A stretch of DNA of 64,000 bases from Calditrichia bacterium (GTDB lineage Bacteria > Calditrichota > Calditrichia > JAJRVZ01). The stretch spans positions 416,001 through 480,000 of the forward strand of contig CAWCNS010000011.1 of assembly GCA_963796965.1 (NCBI GenBank), in the 5' to 3' direction. How positions within the stretch are numbered: the stretch's first letter is position 1; each line of letters starts with the position of its first letter. The notes beneath the pieces are model-generated. The model was not told where the DNA came from and searched no databases. It was given only the letters and a program-made list of their open reading frames with translations. This document shows positions 1 to 11,379 of the stretch, in pieces. The translations under genes were made by a program, and so were the position numbers.

Positions 1-2
1 TC

Positions 3-428
3 TATTTTTTTCAGGAATCCGGTGTCCACATTGATGAGATTATTGATACGATGGATAGTTTAGCATTACTGATTGACGATATGGCCGTTCTCGCTGAAAA
101 GACACCAGGAATGCTTGATACAACAATTATAAGATTTAGACAGGAAGTGGAACCCCTGATCAGAGCGCTCGATAAAAAGTGGACAGAAACGCTCATCGTT
201 CTGACCAAAGAACGTATGGCTATTACTGAGGTGCTACGGGAAGAAAGAGCTGCCGCAATGGTAGATCTCGATAATACATCAAAGGCCCTGGCTGATAAAA
301 CATTTGAGTACTTACGTAGTATGGTTTCGCAGGTCCTTCTATTCGTTATTATAATTTTGGTTGTATTATTAGGATTTCCATTCACCATGGGTTTTTTGGT
401 CGGGAAGTATTTGAGACGGAAATCTTAA
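3..428 (+). CDS. Hypothetical protein, 5'-truncated by the window edge; helical region plus C-terminal transmembrane helix
   Basis: Frame is open from position 3 through the ORF at 51..428; ends with a hydrophobic stretch (VLLFVIIILVVLLGFPFTMGFLVG) then basic residues. Confidence 0.7.
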   Translation, partial: YFFQESGVHIDEIIDTMDSLALLIDDMAVLAEKTPGMLDTTIIRFRQEVEPLIRALDKKWTETLIVLTKERMAITEVLREERAAAMVDLDNTSKALADKTFEYLRSMVSQVLLFVIIILVVLLGFPFTMGFLVGKYLRRKS

Positions 429-551
429 TTCATCAGAAGACGCGATAGTGGTGAAGACGACAGATTTGGGATACAAGATACGAGATACGAGATTAGGAAT
501 GTAAAAATATGATTTGTTTAGGACTTTATGTTTAATGCTTAAAATTTGAAA

Positions 552-1358
552 TTAGAGACGCGGAATTGTCATTCCACCATCTACCATAATGACCTGGCCC
601 GTGGAATAAGCCATAGATCCCTTTACCAGAGCGGAAACAACTTTCCCGACATCTTCGGGTTTTCCCCATCGTTTCTGAATCATCAAACCTTCTGATATTA
701 ATCTATCATATTTTTCCTTTACACCTGCCGTCATATCTGTGCTGATGATACCGGGTTGGACCTCATAGACAGGGATATCATATTCACCCAAACGTGCAGC
801 AAAGAGTTTCGTCATCATGCTGAGTCCCGCTTTGGAGAGGCAATATTCACCTCTGTTAACAGAGGCAATAGTTGATGAAATTGAAGAAATTGTGATGATA
901 CAGGCCTCGACGTTTCCATTCTGTCTTTTTTGATCGATCATCCAGTTTGCAACTGTCTGGCTCAGGAAATACGGTCCCTGTAAATTGGTTTTTAACACAT
1001 ATTCAAAACTTTCTTCTGAGGCTTCGAGAATATCTTTTCTTTCTTTTGGTGCAATACCAGCATTATTAATAAGTATATCCAGGCGGTTAAAGTAGTTCCG
1101 AATTTTACTGACGATTCCTTTGCGGTCTTTGGTAGAGGCAATATCCCCCTGACAGTATAGAACCTTTACACCATATTGTTTTAATTCTTCTAATGCCATG
1201 GAAACCTGACTTTCATCCCGAACACCATTAATCGCCAGATTTATACCATCTTTAGCCAGACATTTTGCGATACCCAAACCAATACCGCGGGATCCACCGG
1301 TTATGAGGGCGACTTTTCTCTCATCTTTGTGTGTATCTACCATTTTCATCTTTCTCAA
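552..1358 (-). CDS. SDR-family oxidoreductase (3-ketoacyl-ACP reductase-like, probably sugar-acid related)
   Basis: TGGSRGIG Rossmann motif, NNAG, catalytic YCLSK, C-terminal VDGG; true start may be the ATG at ~1349. Confidence 0.9.
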   Translation of the reverse strand: MRKMKMVDTHKDERKVALITGGSRGIGLGIAKCLAKDGINLAINGVRDESQVSMALEELKQYGVKVLYCQGDIASTKDRKGIVSKIRNYFNRLDILINNAGIAPKERKDILEASEESFEYVLKTNLQGPYFLSQTVANWMIDQKRQNGNVEACIITISSISSTIASVNRGEYCLSKAGLSMMTKLFAARLGEYDIPVYEVQPGIISTDMTAGVKEKYDRLISEGLMIQKRWGKPEDVGKVVSALVKGSMAYSTGQVIMVDGGMTIPRL

Positions 1359-1584
1359 ACTTTATTATTTTCTCACGCCGCACCGTGGAATGTTTTACCA
1401 CGGATTGCACTAATTTCTACGAATTTCACGAATTAAAAAATCATTTAAAATTATATATAGAGTTTATTATTTCCAGTCCTGACATATAAGTTAGGAAAAA
1501 TATCAACTTCGAAATCACCCATCTCGAATCACGTATCCGGTATCTCAAATCTCAGATCCCAAATCACGTATCTACCATAATACT

Positions 1585-2732
1585 CTATAAATCCGGGATA
1601 TCCATCCAGGATCTTTTCTCCCAACTCTCCATCCCTTTTTCAGCTAACTGCACACCCTTTGCACCTTCTTTGAGAGACCAGGGAAAGGGATCATCATCAA
1701 CCACATGACGCAGAAATAGTTCCCACTGCGCTTTAAAAGCATTATCATAGATTTCCTGATCGGGTACAGGGCTCCATCCCGAATAAAAATCTATCATTTG
1801 GGGAACATCCGGATTCCATACAGGTTTAGGTGTGTTTCCATAATGCTGGGTACAACATTCTCTTAATCCGGCAACTGCTGATCCTTTTGTTCCGTCCACC
1901 TGGATCGTAAGCAAATCATCCCGTCGGACACGGACACACCAGGAAGAATTAAAATGAGCGATAATGTCGCCGTCCAATTCAAAGGTAGCATAGGCTGCAT
2001 CATCTGCGGTGCCCTTGTAGACGCGGTTCATTTCATCAACCCGCTCCTTTATGTGTGTAGCACCAATACAGGAAACTGCCCGCACTTTGCCGAATAGGTT
2101 GTCCAGTACGTATCTCCAGTGACAGAGCATATCGAGAATTATTCCCCCATCATCTTCTTTACGGTAATTCCATGAGGGACGCTGAGCAGGGATCGTTTGC
2201 CCTTCGAACACCCAGTATCCAAATTCACCCCTTATAGCGAATATTTCTCCAAAGAAATCATTCTCAATTAACCTTTTTAACTTTATCAACCCGGGTAACC
2301 ACAGTTTATCTTGTACAACACCATTTTTGACATTGGCTATTTTTGCTAATTCGAATAATTCCATGGCTTCTATGGTATTCGTTGCGGTTGGTTTTTCACA
2401 ATAAATATGTTTACCATATTTTATTGCTTTTTTAACATCTTCAACCCGTCGTCCGGTCACTTGAGCATCAAAATAGATGGTACTATTTTTATCTTCTAAA
2501 ACTTCATCAAGATTTGTTGAGAATTTCTCAATCCCTGAGATTTTCCCCAGGTGTTGTAGTTTTGATTCGATTTCGTCCTACTAAAACAGGATCCGGAATA
2601 ATTATCTCGCCCGATTTAGAGGTCGAGTCCTCCCTGTTTGATTATTTCAACGATCGAACGCATGAGATGTTGATTGGTACCCATTCGCCCTGTAACGCCG
2701 TTCATGATGATACCTATTTTCTTCCTTTTCAT
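1585..2732 (-). CDS. Gfo/Idh/MocA-family oxidoreductase (apparent frameshifts near 2620 and 2560)
   Basis: N-terminus read by hand from ATG 2732: [23 protein letters not shown]...PDPVLVGRN; joins ORF 1585..2460 with the HIYCEKP and DMLCHW motifs. Confidence 0.85.
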
Positions 2733-2759
2733 AAAAATTCCTTTATTCTAAATCTTTCT

Positions 2760-2856
2760 TAAACACAAAGAACACAAAGGAAAAGCGAAGGTCACAAAGA
2801 ATACATTTACATTTATTTTTGTGTTCTTTGAGCATACTTTGAGAACTTTGTGTTTA
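2760..2856. repeat. Inverted-repeat element built from ACACAAAGA-type 9-mers (family also at 8333..8425, 9208..9299, 31280..31374)
   Basis: TAAACACAAAGAACACAAAG ... CTTTGAGAACTTTGTGTTTA. Confidence 0.8.
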
Positions 2857-2907
2857 AAAGAAGTTATTTTATACTACAAGACTTTGATTTAAGCGTATAG
2901 TAATTAC

Positions 2908-3735
2908 TTACGAATGATCTAGATAGGCTTTAATTATTCTGTCCAAAAATACATCCTGGTCTTCTGCCCAGTGTTTGTTGGAAAAAATTTCCACCTCATT
3001 AAATCCTGAAAATCCAGAATCTTCCATCCATCCTCTGATTTGTTGAATAGGAATGCATCCATCTCCCATCAACCCTCTGTCATTGAGCATATCAACAGTC
3101 GGACTTAGCCAATCGCAGATATGGAAAGCGAAGAGATTCTCATTTTTGCCACATCGTTCAATTTCAGATTCCAGATCCGGATCCCACCAGACATGGTAAA
3201 CATCTACTGCAACTCCCAGAAATGGTGAATCAAACAATTCTGCCATTTCATTTGCCTGTCTCATCGTATTTATAGCCGATCGGGTATCGGCATACATGGG
3301 CTGCAAGGGTTCAATGGCTAACTTGACCCCTGCCTCGGCTGCAAAAGGTAAGATTGCTTCAATTCCTATTTTAATCTGATCTCTGGAGACGGATAAGGGT
3401 TGTTCTTCCGAAGCACCACAGACAAGGACAAGTAAGGGACTACCCAAAGCAGCCGATTCTTCTATTAAGAGTAAATTATCAGCAATTGCCTCGCTACGAC
3501 CTCTTTCTGATACTGCAGGAAAAAATCCGCCGCGCACAGTGGACACAATATTCAAACCGGCTGCGCGGATCTGATCGCCAACAGTTGAAATATTGTGATC
3601 ATCAAGTGTATCCCGCCAAACGGATATGCCGCTTACACCTGCCCTGGAAAATTTATCAATTGCCTCTTCAATGGACCAGGGTTTTGTTGTGATCGTATGA
3701 ACACAAAGTTTCGATAAATCTTTTAACTTGCTCAT
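2908..3735 (-). CDS. Sugar phosphate isomerase/epimerase (xylose-isomerase-like TIM barrel, AP_endonuc_2)
   Basis: LAIEPL, VDVYH, FHICD, DRGLMGDG and EVEIFS metal-binding motifs. Confidence 0.9.
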   Translation of the reverse strand: MSKLKDLSKLCVHTITTKPWSIEEAIDKFSRAGVSGISVWRDTLDDHNISTVGDQIRAAGLNIVSTVRGGFFPAVSERGRSEAIADNLLLIEESAALGSPLLVLVCGASEEQPLSVSRDQIKIGIEAILPFAAEAGVKLAIEPLQPMYADTRSAINTMRQANEMAELFDSPFLGVAVDVYHVWWDPDLESEIERCGKNENLFAFHICDWLSPTVDMLNDRGLMGDGCIPIQQIRGWMEDSGFSGFNEVEIFSNKHWAEDQDVFLDRIIKAYLDHS

Positions 3736-3736
3736 A

Positions 3737-5119
3737 TTATTTCAGACAGTTAAAGAAGGTGTAATAGCTCTCATTTTTAATCATTCGTTGCACATAAAGC
3801 ACCAATTCCCGGATATGGTAATCACCCCACATACAGGATTCACCATTTGGAATGATACTCCCGTCCGGTATGTGATCCCAACCATTGGGATAATGATAAA
3901 TGGTGTGTAAAAGTAGACCCTGATGTTCTGGATTGGTACTGAGATAAGGCTCTTCCAGAAGCCGGTCCATAACAGTGAGACCCGCTTGAAAATAATGTTC
4001 TCCACGTGTAACCTCACCATTATTTTTGAAATATTGCCCTAATCTTAATAATCCCTGTGCTCCGATAGCAGCAGCTGAACTATCAACCGGCTCAAAGTTG
4101 TTGAACGGATCCGCTTCCCTATTTAAATAATCACCTAATTTGTGAAGATTTGGGGCCCCAGTATCCCAATAAGGGATTCCATCTGTGCAAACATTTTCAA
4201 TATAAAAATCACAGGTTGCGGTAGCCGCCTTAATCATTAGTTCAACAATCCCCTCTATACCACCAAAAGCAACCAATTCATTTTCATCAATCACTTCAAA
4301 AAACTCAAGTTCTTCAGCGAAACCAAGCATTGCCCAGGCCAGACCCCGGGTCCAGGTAGAAAATCCAGTATATCCTTGTTGCGAATTTGGACAACGATAG
4401 TTGCCATCATTGACATTAAAAACACATTCATGCGCCGTTCTTCCTCTGACATCATAAGCATCCCTGCCCTCTCCATAAAAAATGGAATATTCTGCCGTTG
4501 CAATCAAATGTAAAATTGCACGCTCTAAGAGTGAAATCTTAACATCATTTTCTACGGGTAAATAATGTCCCATCATATGGCTGATCATAAGCACCCGGCA
4601 GGATCGTACCGTATCTACGAAAAGAGAATGTGGGCCATTAAATGAATATATAAAGCCCCCATTTTCCATCTCTGTCCAGCGGTTAGCCTGTACTGCCCCG
4701 GACAATTTTAAAGCCAGCTGATAGAAGTTCTTCTCCCATTCATTATGGGGCATTTTTCCTTCAGCCATAAGGCGAAGTAAGTTACCATAAGTGCTTACAT
4801 TATTAAAACCATGATCATGCACCCCGGTATGATTTATATGGGGTGCCATATAATCTATCGTATTTTTTTTACCCATTTCAAGAAATCGGGGATCCCCACC
4901 GCCTTCATATTGCAATATCTCCGATCCATATTGAAAACCCTGTGTCCACTCCGTCCAGCCGCGAGTGGTGTATTGCCCCTCAACGGTAAATACAGGTGAG
5001 CCTTTTTGGGTGTCATAATTTTTGGCAATCATATCAATCTTTATACCAGACAGATCCCAAAATTTTTCTACTTTTTTCTGTAAATCAGGAATCTTTAAAC
5101 CTGACTTCATTTCGAGCAT
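3737..5119 (-). CDS. GH88-like (unsaturated glucuronyl hydrolase-like) glycoside hydrolase
   Basis: WTQGF, HDHGF, WTRGLAW, PYWD, DSSAAAI and WGDY motifs of the GH88/105 alpha-barrel. Confidence 0.8.
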   Translation of the reverse strand: MLEMKSGLKIPDLQKKVEKFWDLSGIKIDMIAKNYDTQKGSPVFTVEGQYTTRGWTEWTQGFQYGSEILQYEGGGDPRFLEMGKKNTIDYMAPHINHTGVHDHGFNNVSTYGNLLRLMAEGKMPHNEWEKNFYQLALKLSGAVQANRWTEMENGGFIYSFNGPHSLFVDTVRSCRVLMISHMMGHYLPVENDVKISLLERAILHLIATAEYSIFYGEGRDAYDVRGRTAHECVFNVNDGNYRCPNSQQGYTGFSTWTRGLAWAMLGFAEELEFFEVIDENELVAFGGIEGIVELMIKAATATCDFYIENVCTDGIPYWDTGAPNLHKLGDYLNREADPFNNFEPVDSSAAAIGAQGLLRLGQYFKNNGEVTRGEHYFQAGLTVMDRLLEEPYLSTNPEHQGLLLHTIYHYPNGWDHIPDGSIIPNGESCMWGDYHIRELVLYVQRMIKNESYYTFFNCLK

Positions 5120-5233
5120 GCAGAACTCCAGTTTTAGTTATAAGTATTTTTTTGTCCGTATTCTAAAAAGAGTGAGAGACCAGATGGTGATTTCTTCTGA
5201 GACTTCTATGGTCTCCAGTTTTAGACATTTTAC

Positions 5234-6652
5234 TTATTTTATAGCCGATCTTTTCGGCATAATATTAAATCGGATGATGAACGATGCAAGTGTATACAAG
5301 CAAAGGAGCAATAGCAATAACATATCAAGTCGAAGGCTAAAAACCATATTGGGAATAATACCAAACAAAGAGGCGATGAACAGCAAGAGGCCAACGAATG
5401 TTGCTATGCTAATATCTACACCAGGCTTATTTTTATATAAAACTGCCGAGAATACCATGGGAGCCATAAGAGAAGTGCCTGCAAAACTTACCCTGGCTAT
5501 TAAAACCAATTCATCACTACTGATAATAGATAAGACCAGGGCAGCAATCCCAAACAATACCATCGAAACTCTTGTCTTAAACAATACTGTTTGTTCATCT
5601 CCCCTGAGCAGAGAGCGAAGTTCCGAACCAAGTGCAAAAATTTGTGAGTCACTGGTAGAAAGTGCCGCTGCCACAAGTCCAATAATTGTCAACGCGGCAA
5701 TGGCACCATGCTGATCAAACATTAATACACTTGCGATAAAATCAGCAGTCGACGCACTAGGATATTTTATTGCTCCATACATTCCTATTATACAGGTCGG
5801 TATCAGGATAAGAATAGCAAAGGTACCAACGGCTACAGCCATGCGGTGCATCGCCTTCAGATCCTTCATAACAACCAGACGGGTGGTGAGCTGCGGCTGG
5901 GTGACGGGTATAAATAATATGGCAAGAAAAGAAGCAACAAGAAACTGGAAGTTAAATAATCCTTTTGGTCCCGGGGTTGATAATAAAGCTGGTTGTATCG
6001 CTTCAACCTGGTCAAACATGGATTTGATCCCACCCAGATAGCTTACACAGGTTACGGCAATAATCCAGACAACGGTCATCAGGATCGCAGCTTGCATAAA
6101 ATCAGCATACATGATCCCCTTTAATCCTCCAATTTCGCTATAGATTAATAGGGTTACTACAATCATAAGTGACCAGGCCCAGGCTGGAAATGCTTCCGGA
6201 AATACAGCATTTAAGAAAATGGCAACCCCGCGAATTTGAATGGCAACATACGGAATCAGAAAAACAAAAACCCCAAAGAAGTATACAAAACCCGCCGTCT
6301 TATTTTGAAAGGAGCTGGACATAAGTCCCCCAACACCCCGGAAACCTTTTTCTGAGACTTTTTTTCTGAGGGAATATCCAAACCAGACTATCAGGAAAAC
6401 CATCCCACCATCCGACACTGCCAGAAAAATCCAGGCACCAATACCATGTACCCGGAAAAAATCAGGCATCCCCATTAAGGTAAAAGTGCTGAATAAGGTT
6501 GCTGCGAATGTCATAAAACCGAGGACCATGCCAATATTTGAACCAGCCAGTATATAATCATTGGCGTCTTTTTGTTTTCGGCGCGAATGAAGGGCCAGAT
6601 AAAATAGAAATGAAATGTATATAATTCCAAGAACAATCAACCAGCTTATCAT
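5234..6652 (-). CDS. Sodium:solute symporter family protein
   Basis: About 13 hydrophobic segments; GGLKGIMYADFMQ and AAALSTSDS motifs. Confidence 0.9.
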   Translation of the reverse strand: MISWLIVLGIIYISFLFYLALHSRRKQKDANDYILAGSNIGMVLGFMTFAATLFSTFTLMGMPDFFRVHGIGAWIFLAVSDGGMVFLIVWFGYSLRKKVSEKGFRGVGGLMSSSFQNKTAGFVYFFGVFVFLIPYVAIQIRGVAIFLNAVFPEAFPAWAWSLMIVVTLLIYSEIGGLKGIMYADFMQAAILMTVVWIIAVTCVSYLGGIKSMFDQVEAIQPALLSTPGPKGLFNFQFLVASFLAILFIPVTQPQLTTRLVVMKDLKAMHRMAVAVGTFAILILIPTCIIGMYGAIKYPSASTADFIASVLMFDQHGAIAALTIIGLVAAALSTSDSQIFALGSELRSLLRGDEQTVLFKTRVSMVLFGIAALVLSIISSDELVLIARVSFAGTSLMAPMVFSAVLYKNKPGVDISIATFVGLLLFIASLFGIIPNMVFSLRLDMLLLLLLCLYTLASFIIRFNIMPKRSAIK

Positions 6653-6879
6653 TCTTTGAGTCCTTCCTCTTTAGGCTGTTGGATACGTGTTGCAATAAAT
6701 GTTAAAAAAACTAATCCAATGGTAATCAAAATTCCAACCCAAAGCGTATAAGGTAATCCCATAAGTTTGGGTTCGTAAACACCATGGGGTGTCACAAGGG
6801 GTGTGAAGGTAATGATCACGAGAAAAACTGCAGAGGCAACACATAAAATCGTAAATAATATGCGGGTATTTTTTATCAT
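6649..6879 (-). CDS. Small two-TM accessory protein of the SSS transporter
   Basis: Two TM helices with LMGLPYTLW; overlaps the symporter start (ATGA). Confidence 0.75.
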   Translation of the reverse strand: MIKNTRILFTILCVASAVFLVIITFTPLVTPHGVYEPKLMGLPYTLWVGILITIGLVFLTFIATRIQQPKEEGLKE

Positions 6880-7042
6880 TTTTATTAACCAATCTGTTAT
6901 GATGTATATTGTTTAAAGATTGTCAAATCCTTCTTCATTCCCGGTATATTATAACTAAACTTGTATTAATTTCAAGTGCTATTAGTTATATCTCCAAATA
7001 AATTAGGAAACCCCCAGGCAGGGCCTCGAGGAAATCTACAGA

Positions 7043-8248
7043 TTAAAATAGCAGAATATAGAATAAATTTGCGCCGCCAAATTCACCTCCCTGCAATTCA
7101 TGACTAAGGGAGATATAAAATTTTGATCCCTGGGGAAAGGTATACATCCAACCAAGTTTAATTTTATCCACAAAGTCTTTTACCATACCTGGATCCCCGT
7201 TTTGCACTGTTCCATATTGCAATTGCACAACTGAAAACAGGTATTGTAACTCAATTAAATGAGCGGAAAAATATCTTTCATAGGAAATTCCTGACATCAC
7301 ATCCCTGCGATCAAATTTATGGTTATTAAAACCATCAGATCCTGCATCCTGATAAAGATAATTCAATTTTGCCCGAAATCGGTTGACCTCGTTAAATTTA
7401 TACATGTATTCTATTACGTAGTTATTGATCTGATTCGTATAGTAGTAGTCATATGATTGTTCAGTAAAACTTTTCATTTCATTGAATTTATAGTGATTGA
7501 AGGAAAAAGAAAAAATGGATAGATCGGAGGGAAAATAGTAGAATTTGGCTTCGGCAGAATTATACTTTTGATTATGAGCAGTTAGCAAGGGTGATAACTC
7601 TCTGTTTGGGAATCTTCTTTTAAAACCGCTCGACCATCTTCCTTTACTATAAAGAGCAAACTTTCCTTTATGATATCGGGCTCTCCATTGGAGACTGCGT
7701 GGTGTTTTATCCGAGATCCCATCTAGGGCATTCTTTTCATCATAGACAAAGTCTTCAAGAACCATTCCCAGACGCAGATAGTTCTCACGGCTGCTATCAG
7801 CCACCAGGATTCCCATATTCAAATGTGTATTTTCTTTATTATAAGCCGGATTAACAATTAGATAGAGTGAGGTATTATACACAACCTCCTTTTCTAATCC
7901 CATATAGGTATATTTTGGCGCATTGCTTAGATAAAAACTGTCATATATGCGACCTTCTCCCCTAAACCACCACCCTTTTCCCAATGGTTCATTGATGACG
8001 AGTGACGCGTCATAATGCAAATGATGGGTCGTGACACTTCCAACGGATATCAGAAATCCATTACCTTTAAAGTAATTCTTTTCCCAGTCATTATACCATA
8101 CCGCATTAAAATCATAATTGATAAGTGTATGCAAATAAGCCAATTTATTTTTATAGGGCTCTTCATAGGGCCAGTCAGGTTCTGAGGCATTGGCCAGAGA
8201 AATAATGAATACGATAAGTGCAAAATATTTGATGATTTTTTTACGCAC
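7043..8248 (-). CDS. Hypothetical secreted/outer-membrane beta-barrel protein
   Basis: Signal peptide (ANA-S), aromatic-rich alternating strands, C-terminal Phe. Confidence 0.65.
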   Translation of the reverse strand: MRKKIIKYFALIVFIISLANASEPDWPYEEPYKNKLAYLHTLINYDFNAVWYNDWEKNYFKGNGFLISVGSVTTHHLHYDASLVINEPLGKGWWFRGEGRIYDSFYLSNAPKYTYMGLEKEVVYNTSLYLIVNPAYNKENTHLNMGILVADSSRENYLRLGMVLEDFVYDEKNALDGISDKTPRSLQWRARYHKGKFALYSKGRWSSGFKRRFPNRELSPLLTAHNQKYNSAEAKFYYFPSDLSIFSFSFNHYKFNEMKSFTEQSYDYYYTNQINNYVIEYMYKFNEVNRFRAKLNYLYQDAGSDGFNNHKFDRRDVMSGISYERYFSAHLIELQYLFSVVQLQYGTVQNGDPGMVKDFVDKIKLGWMYTFPQGSKFYISLSHELQGGEFGGANLFYILLF

Positions 8249-8582
8249 GATGTTGGATGGTTATAACATTGTCATATAGTGGTCATTCGTACACGACAGC
8301 CACATTGTAAGATAAAAACAGCAAAATAAGATAAACACAAAGTACACAAAGATTTCACGAAGAACACAAAGAAAAATATTTAAATATCTTACAGACTTTG
8401 AATCTTCTTTGTGAACTTTGTGTTTGAGTGTTCTATTTACCTCCATCAAGAAGGGAATAAATTTACATAATATTATACACATTTTGGTCAAAAAAAAACC
8501 ATTTCTCAATTGTAGCGGCCAGGCGAGTGGCCGCTACGCATAAGAATGGTTATATCGAAATATGTATAGAAGTAAATTTTGG

Positions 8583-9122
8583 TTAGATACCGATACCCCA
8601 ACCAAGACGGAATCCCCAATAGTTTGCATCACTGATCATCATATAATATGCACCTATATCAAATCCTGCGATTTCCACACCAATATTGGGAGACAAGGTA
8701 AACTCAGAGGATGTTTCATCCCCATCTGCAGCAAAAGCACCTGCACCTTCGTAGGTCACGGTAAACATACTGACCCCTGCTTCAAGCCCGGCATAGAATG
8801 ACGGACCAACCACCGGTACCCCAAAGTTCCAGCGAAGTCCGGCTAATATTGGAACTGATGATGTTGTTACTTTTGCTGTTTCTCCAAATCCAATGTCAAA
8901 TTCTTTCTCACCAAAATTCATGTAGCCCACACGAGCCGTGATTGTAAGCAGTACAACATCCACAACGCCAAATGCTTCCACACCCCAGGCGGTACCACTG
9001 GTTATATCGGCAAAATCACCGGTTGGAAAGCCCAAATTACCTGCTGCACCAATTTTAAAACCCTGTGCAGATGCCAGACTACAGAATGAAAGTACGAGTA
9101 AGATAATAAGCATTTTCTTCAT
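8583..9122 (-). CDS. Small outer-membrane beta-barrel protein
   Basis: Signal peptide, LGFPTGDFAD N-terminal strand, C-terminal FRLGWGI; strong RBS (aggaggag). Confidence 0.8.
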   Translation of the reverse strand: MKKMLIILLVLSFCSLASAQGFKIGAAGNLGFPTGDFADITSGTAWGVEAFGVVDVVLLTITARVGYMNFGEKEFDIGFGETAKVTTSSVPILAGLRWNFGVPVVGPSFYAGLEAGVSMFTVTYEGAGAFAADGDETSSEFTLSPNIGVEIAGFDIGAYYMMISDANYWGFRLGWGIGI

Positions 9123-9383
9123 TGGAAACTCCTCCTGTTATGATTGATTCTTGTTATCGTTAATTTCGACCTATATTGTGATAAGATTAGACTGAACTGA
9201 TTAAATATAACCACAAAGAGCACCAAGAAAACTCTAAGATCATAAAATTTTTATAATTTCTTTCTGATCTTTGCGTCTTCTTTGCGTCCTTTGCGGTTAA
9301 TTAGAGCCTACATTTAAGAGAAATATTTGCCTGAGTATTAAAATTTTCCGATTATACCAATAAAACCCAGCAGATGCAACAAT

Positions 9384-9977
9384 TCAGAATAGGCTAACGG
9401 AAACAAATCCGATTACGACACTAAAATAGGATTGGGCCGGCGATGAACTTGTTTTAAAAGCATAGTTATATCTAAGAGTCAACAGTATATGAATGTCATT
9501 CATAAAATCAGCCATAAAGCCAATATCCGGTGCCAAACCGAATTGCCAGCCTTTATTGATGATCTTGCCCTGTCCTGTATATTGGCGGGTAATAATAAAA
9601 TAAGCACCCACATTTCCTCCGATTAGCGGCCTGAAGCTGCTCACAGCATCTCCAAAATAATAGTGACTACTCACAAGAATTGGAAATGATTCCAGAGAGC
9701 GTTCCTCTATAGACATAAAAGAACCATCTCCATTCTGAATGGGCTGTACATTATTATCATTAAAAGAATTCCAATGGAACGTTACACCATAAGAGATGTC
9801 AGTATGTGACATTTGACGCGCATCAAGACCGAATCCAATGATACTTGTATTGGGAATAAAGGATTTTGTGTTGTCTGTAGGTACGGAGATATCGTAGGTA
9901 ATCCCAAATATTTGCTGGGCATTTGCTGAACACACCATGAAACCTGTGAGACACATCACCACAAATATATGTCTCAT
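9384..9977 (-). CDS. OmpW-like outer-membrane beta-barrel protein
   Basis: Paralogous to 13125..13724 and 14597..15214 (FPIL, GAY, WQFGLAP); start placed at the ATG of MRHIFVV. Confidence 0.75.
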   Translation of the reverse strand: MRHIFVVMCLTGFMVCSANAQQIFGITYDISVPTDNTKSFIPNTSIIGFGLDARQMSHTDISYGVTFHWNSFNDNNVQPIQNGDGSFMSIEERSLESFPILVSSHYYFGDAVSSFRPLIGGNVGAYFIITRQYTGQGKIINKGWQFGLAPDIGFMADFMNDIHILLTLRYNYAFKTSSSPAQSYFSVVIGFVSVSLF

Positions 9978-10026
9978 AGAACAAAGATCTTTTGTGTTTT
10001 GATATATCTTTTTCCGGATCAAGTTA

Positions 10027-11379
10027 TTAAATATCCCAGTTTGCCGTAACTTTGATTCGGACCTGGCTTAGTTTTTGAGTCCTCACATATGGATGGTTAT
10101 CAGGATCATTCGTTGTAAATGTTGGTTTAGGTAGCGGAAGATATTCCACCTTAAGGTCTAAATTCATTTTATCAGAAAGATAAAATCTTGATCCTGCTCC
10201 AATGCCGGCCATAAATGAAATATCCGTCGCCGGATCGATCTCTCCAACCTCTACACCGGCTCGTTTTATAAGAACTCTTGCGGTGTTGCTTAGAGCAGCA
10301 CCAATTGAAAGTTCCGCAAATAATTCCATTTCCTTGTTTAAGGGATAGACGAATCGCGGGCTGATAAGCAGCGAATATATTTCCCAGTATTTAAATTCAA
10401 ATTGTGTACCTACTGCATTAAGAGAATCAAAGGGAATGGGCAAAACCCCACGGGCAGGAAATTTCTCATAGTCCAAAGCGAAATTAACACCCAAATTCTT
10501 CAGCAAGGACAAATAGCCATTTACACCAAAGGAATTAATCAAATTATCACTCGTATTTACAACATCCTTGAATTCTCCAACAGGTAAAGCCATACCAAGA
10601 CTTACACCCAAATAGAAATTCATATAAACATCCCGGGCCGGATCATACCAGATGAATTTTGAATGTTGCCTGGATTCCTGGCGAAACTTAACTCTCACTT
10701 TTCTGGGCTCATTGTCTACATGCATAGCAAGAGACAAATCCGTAACATAGGGTATCTCAGAATGATGAGATGAATTTAACAAGGCCCACTTCTCAAGCGT
10801 AAATCCGGGAGGTACAATGAAATTTTTTGCATAGAGGTGATTCCGGCCATATCCTGTATCCTTCCCCCCGTCCTCTAATCCTACAGTTTGCGAAAGACCG
10901 GTGGTCACACCCGTCATACTTGCTCCGGCCCCAAGCACAACCGATTGCAGTTCTTTTACAGTCGAAACTTCCATGACAGTTTGGGAGATAAAGGCCCGGT
11001 CCCAATCTGCCTGTTCTTCTTTACTTAATACTCTAATGTATTTTTGAGCGTTTTTGTCCTCAAAAAATAGGGAAAGACTGTCAATTTTATACCAATCTTC
11101 CCCGGTATTTTGAAAAATGAAACGAAAACTGCCAAAATATTCACTTGAAAATTCACGGTCCAACAAGGCATAAACATTTAATTCCGGGATTTCCTTATCA
11201 AACCGGCCTTGATGATACTTGCTAGCCGTTGTACATCCTGATATAATTTGAATAAGAACCAGAGCAACGATGCACACCAATCCTGACCTATTAATGCCAG
11301 GTCGTTTTGACAGGTAATAACCTACATTCATAGAGGACCGATCATTCATACTTTTGGGAAGGAGGTTTTTCACATTCAT
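10027..11379 (-). CDS. Putative lipoprotein with C-terminal outer-membrane beta-barrel domain
   Basis: Lipobox-like IISG-C; C-terminal ~210 aa begin FYLGVSLGMALPVGEF; start overlaps the nhaA stop (ATGA). Confidence 0.6.
   Translation of the reverse strand: MNVKNLLPKSMNDRSSMNVGYYLSKRPGINRSGLVCIVALVLIQIISGCTTASKYHQGRFDKEIPELNVYALLDREFSSEYFGSFRFIFQNTGEDWYKIDSLSLFFEDKNAQKYIRVLSKEEQADWDRAFISQTVMEVSTVKELQSVVLGAGASMTGVTTGLSQTVGLEDGGKDTGYGRNHLYAKNFIVPPGFTLEKWALLNSSHHSEIPYVTDLSLAMHVDNEPRKVRVKFRQESRQHSKFIWYDPARDVYMNFYLGVSLGMALPVGEFKDVVNTSDNLINSFGVNGYLSLLKNLGVNFALDYEKFPARGVLPIPFDSLNAVGTQFEFKYWEIYSLLISPRFVYPLNKEMELFAELSIGAALSNTARVLIKRAGVEVGEIDPATDISFMAGIGAGSRFYLSDKMNLDLKVEYLPLPKPTFTTNDPDNHPYVRTQKLSQVRIKVTANWDI

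Noticed and set aside
5022..5714. 230-aa plus-strand ORF
   Set aside because: Antisense to the symporter and GH88 genes; no recognisable motifs
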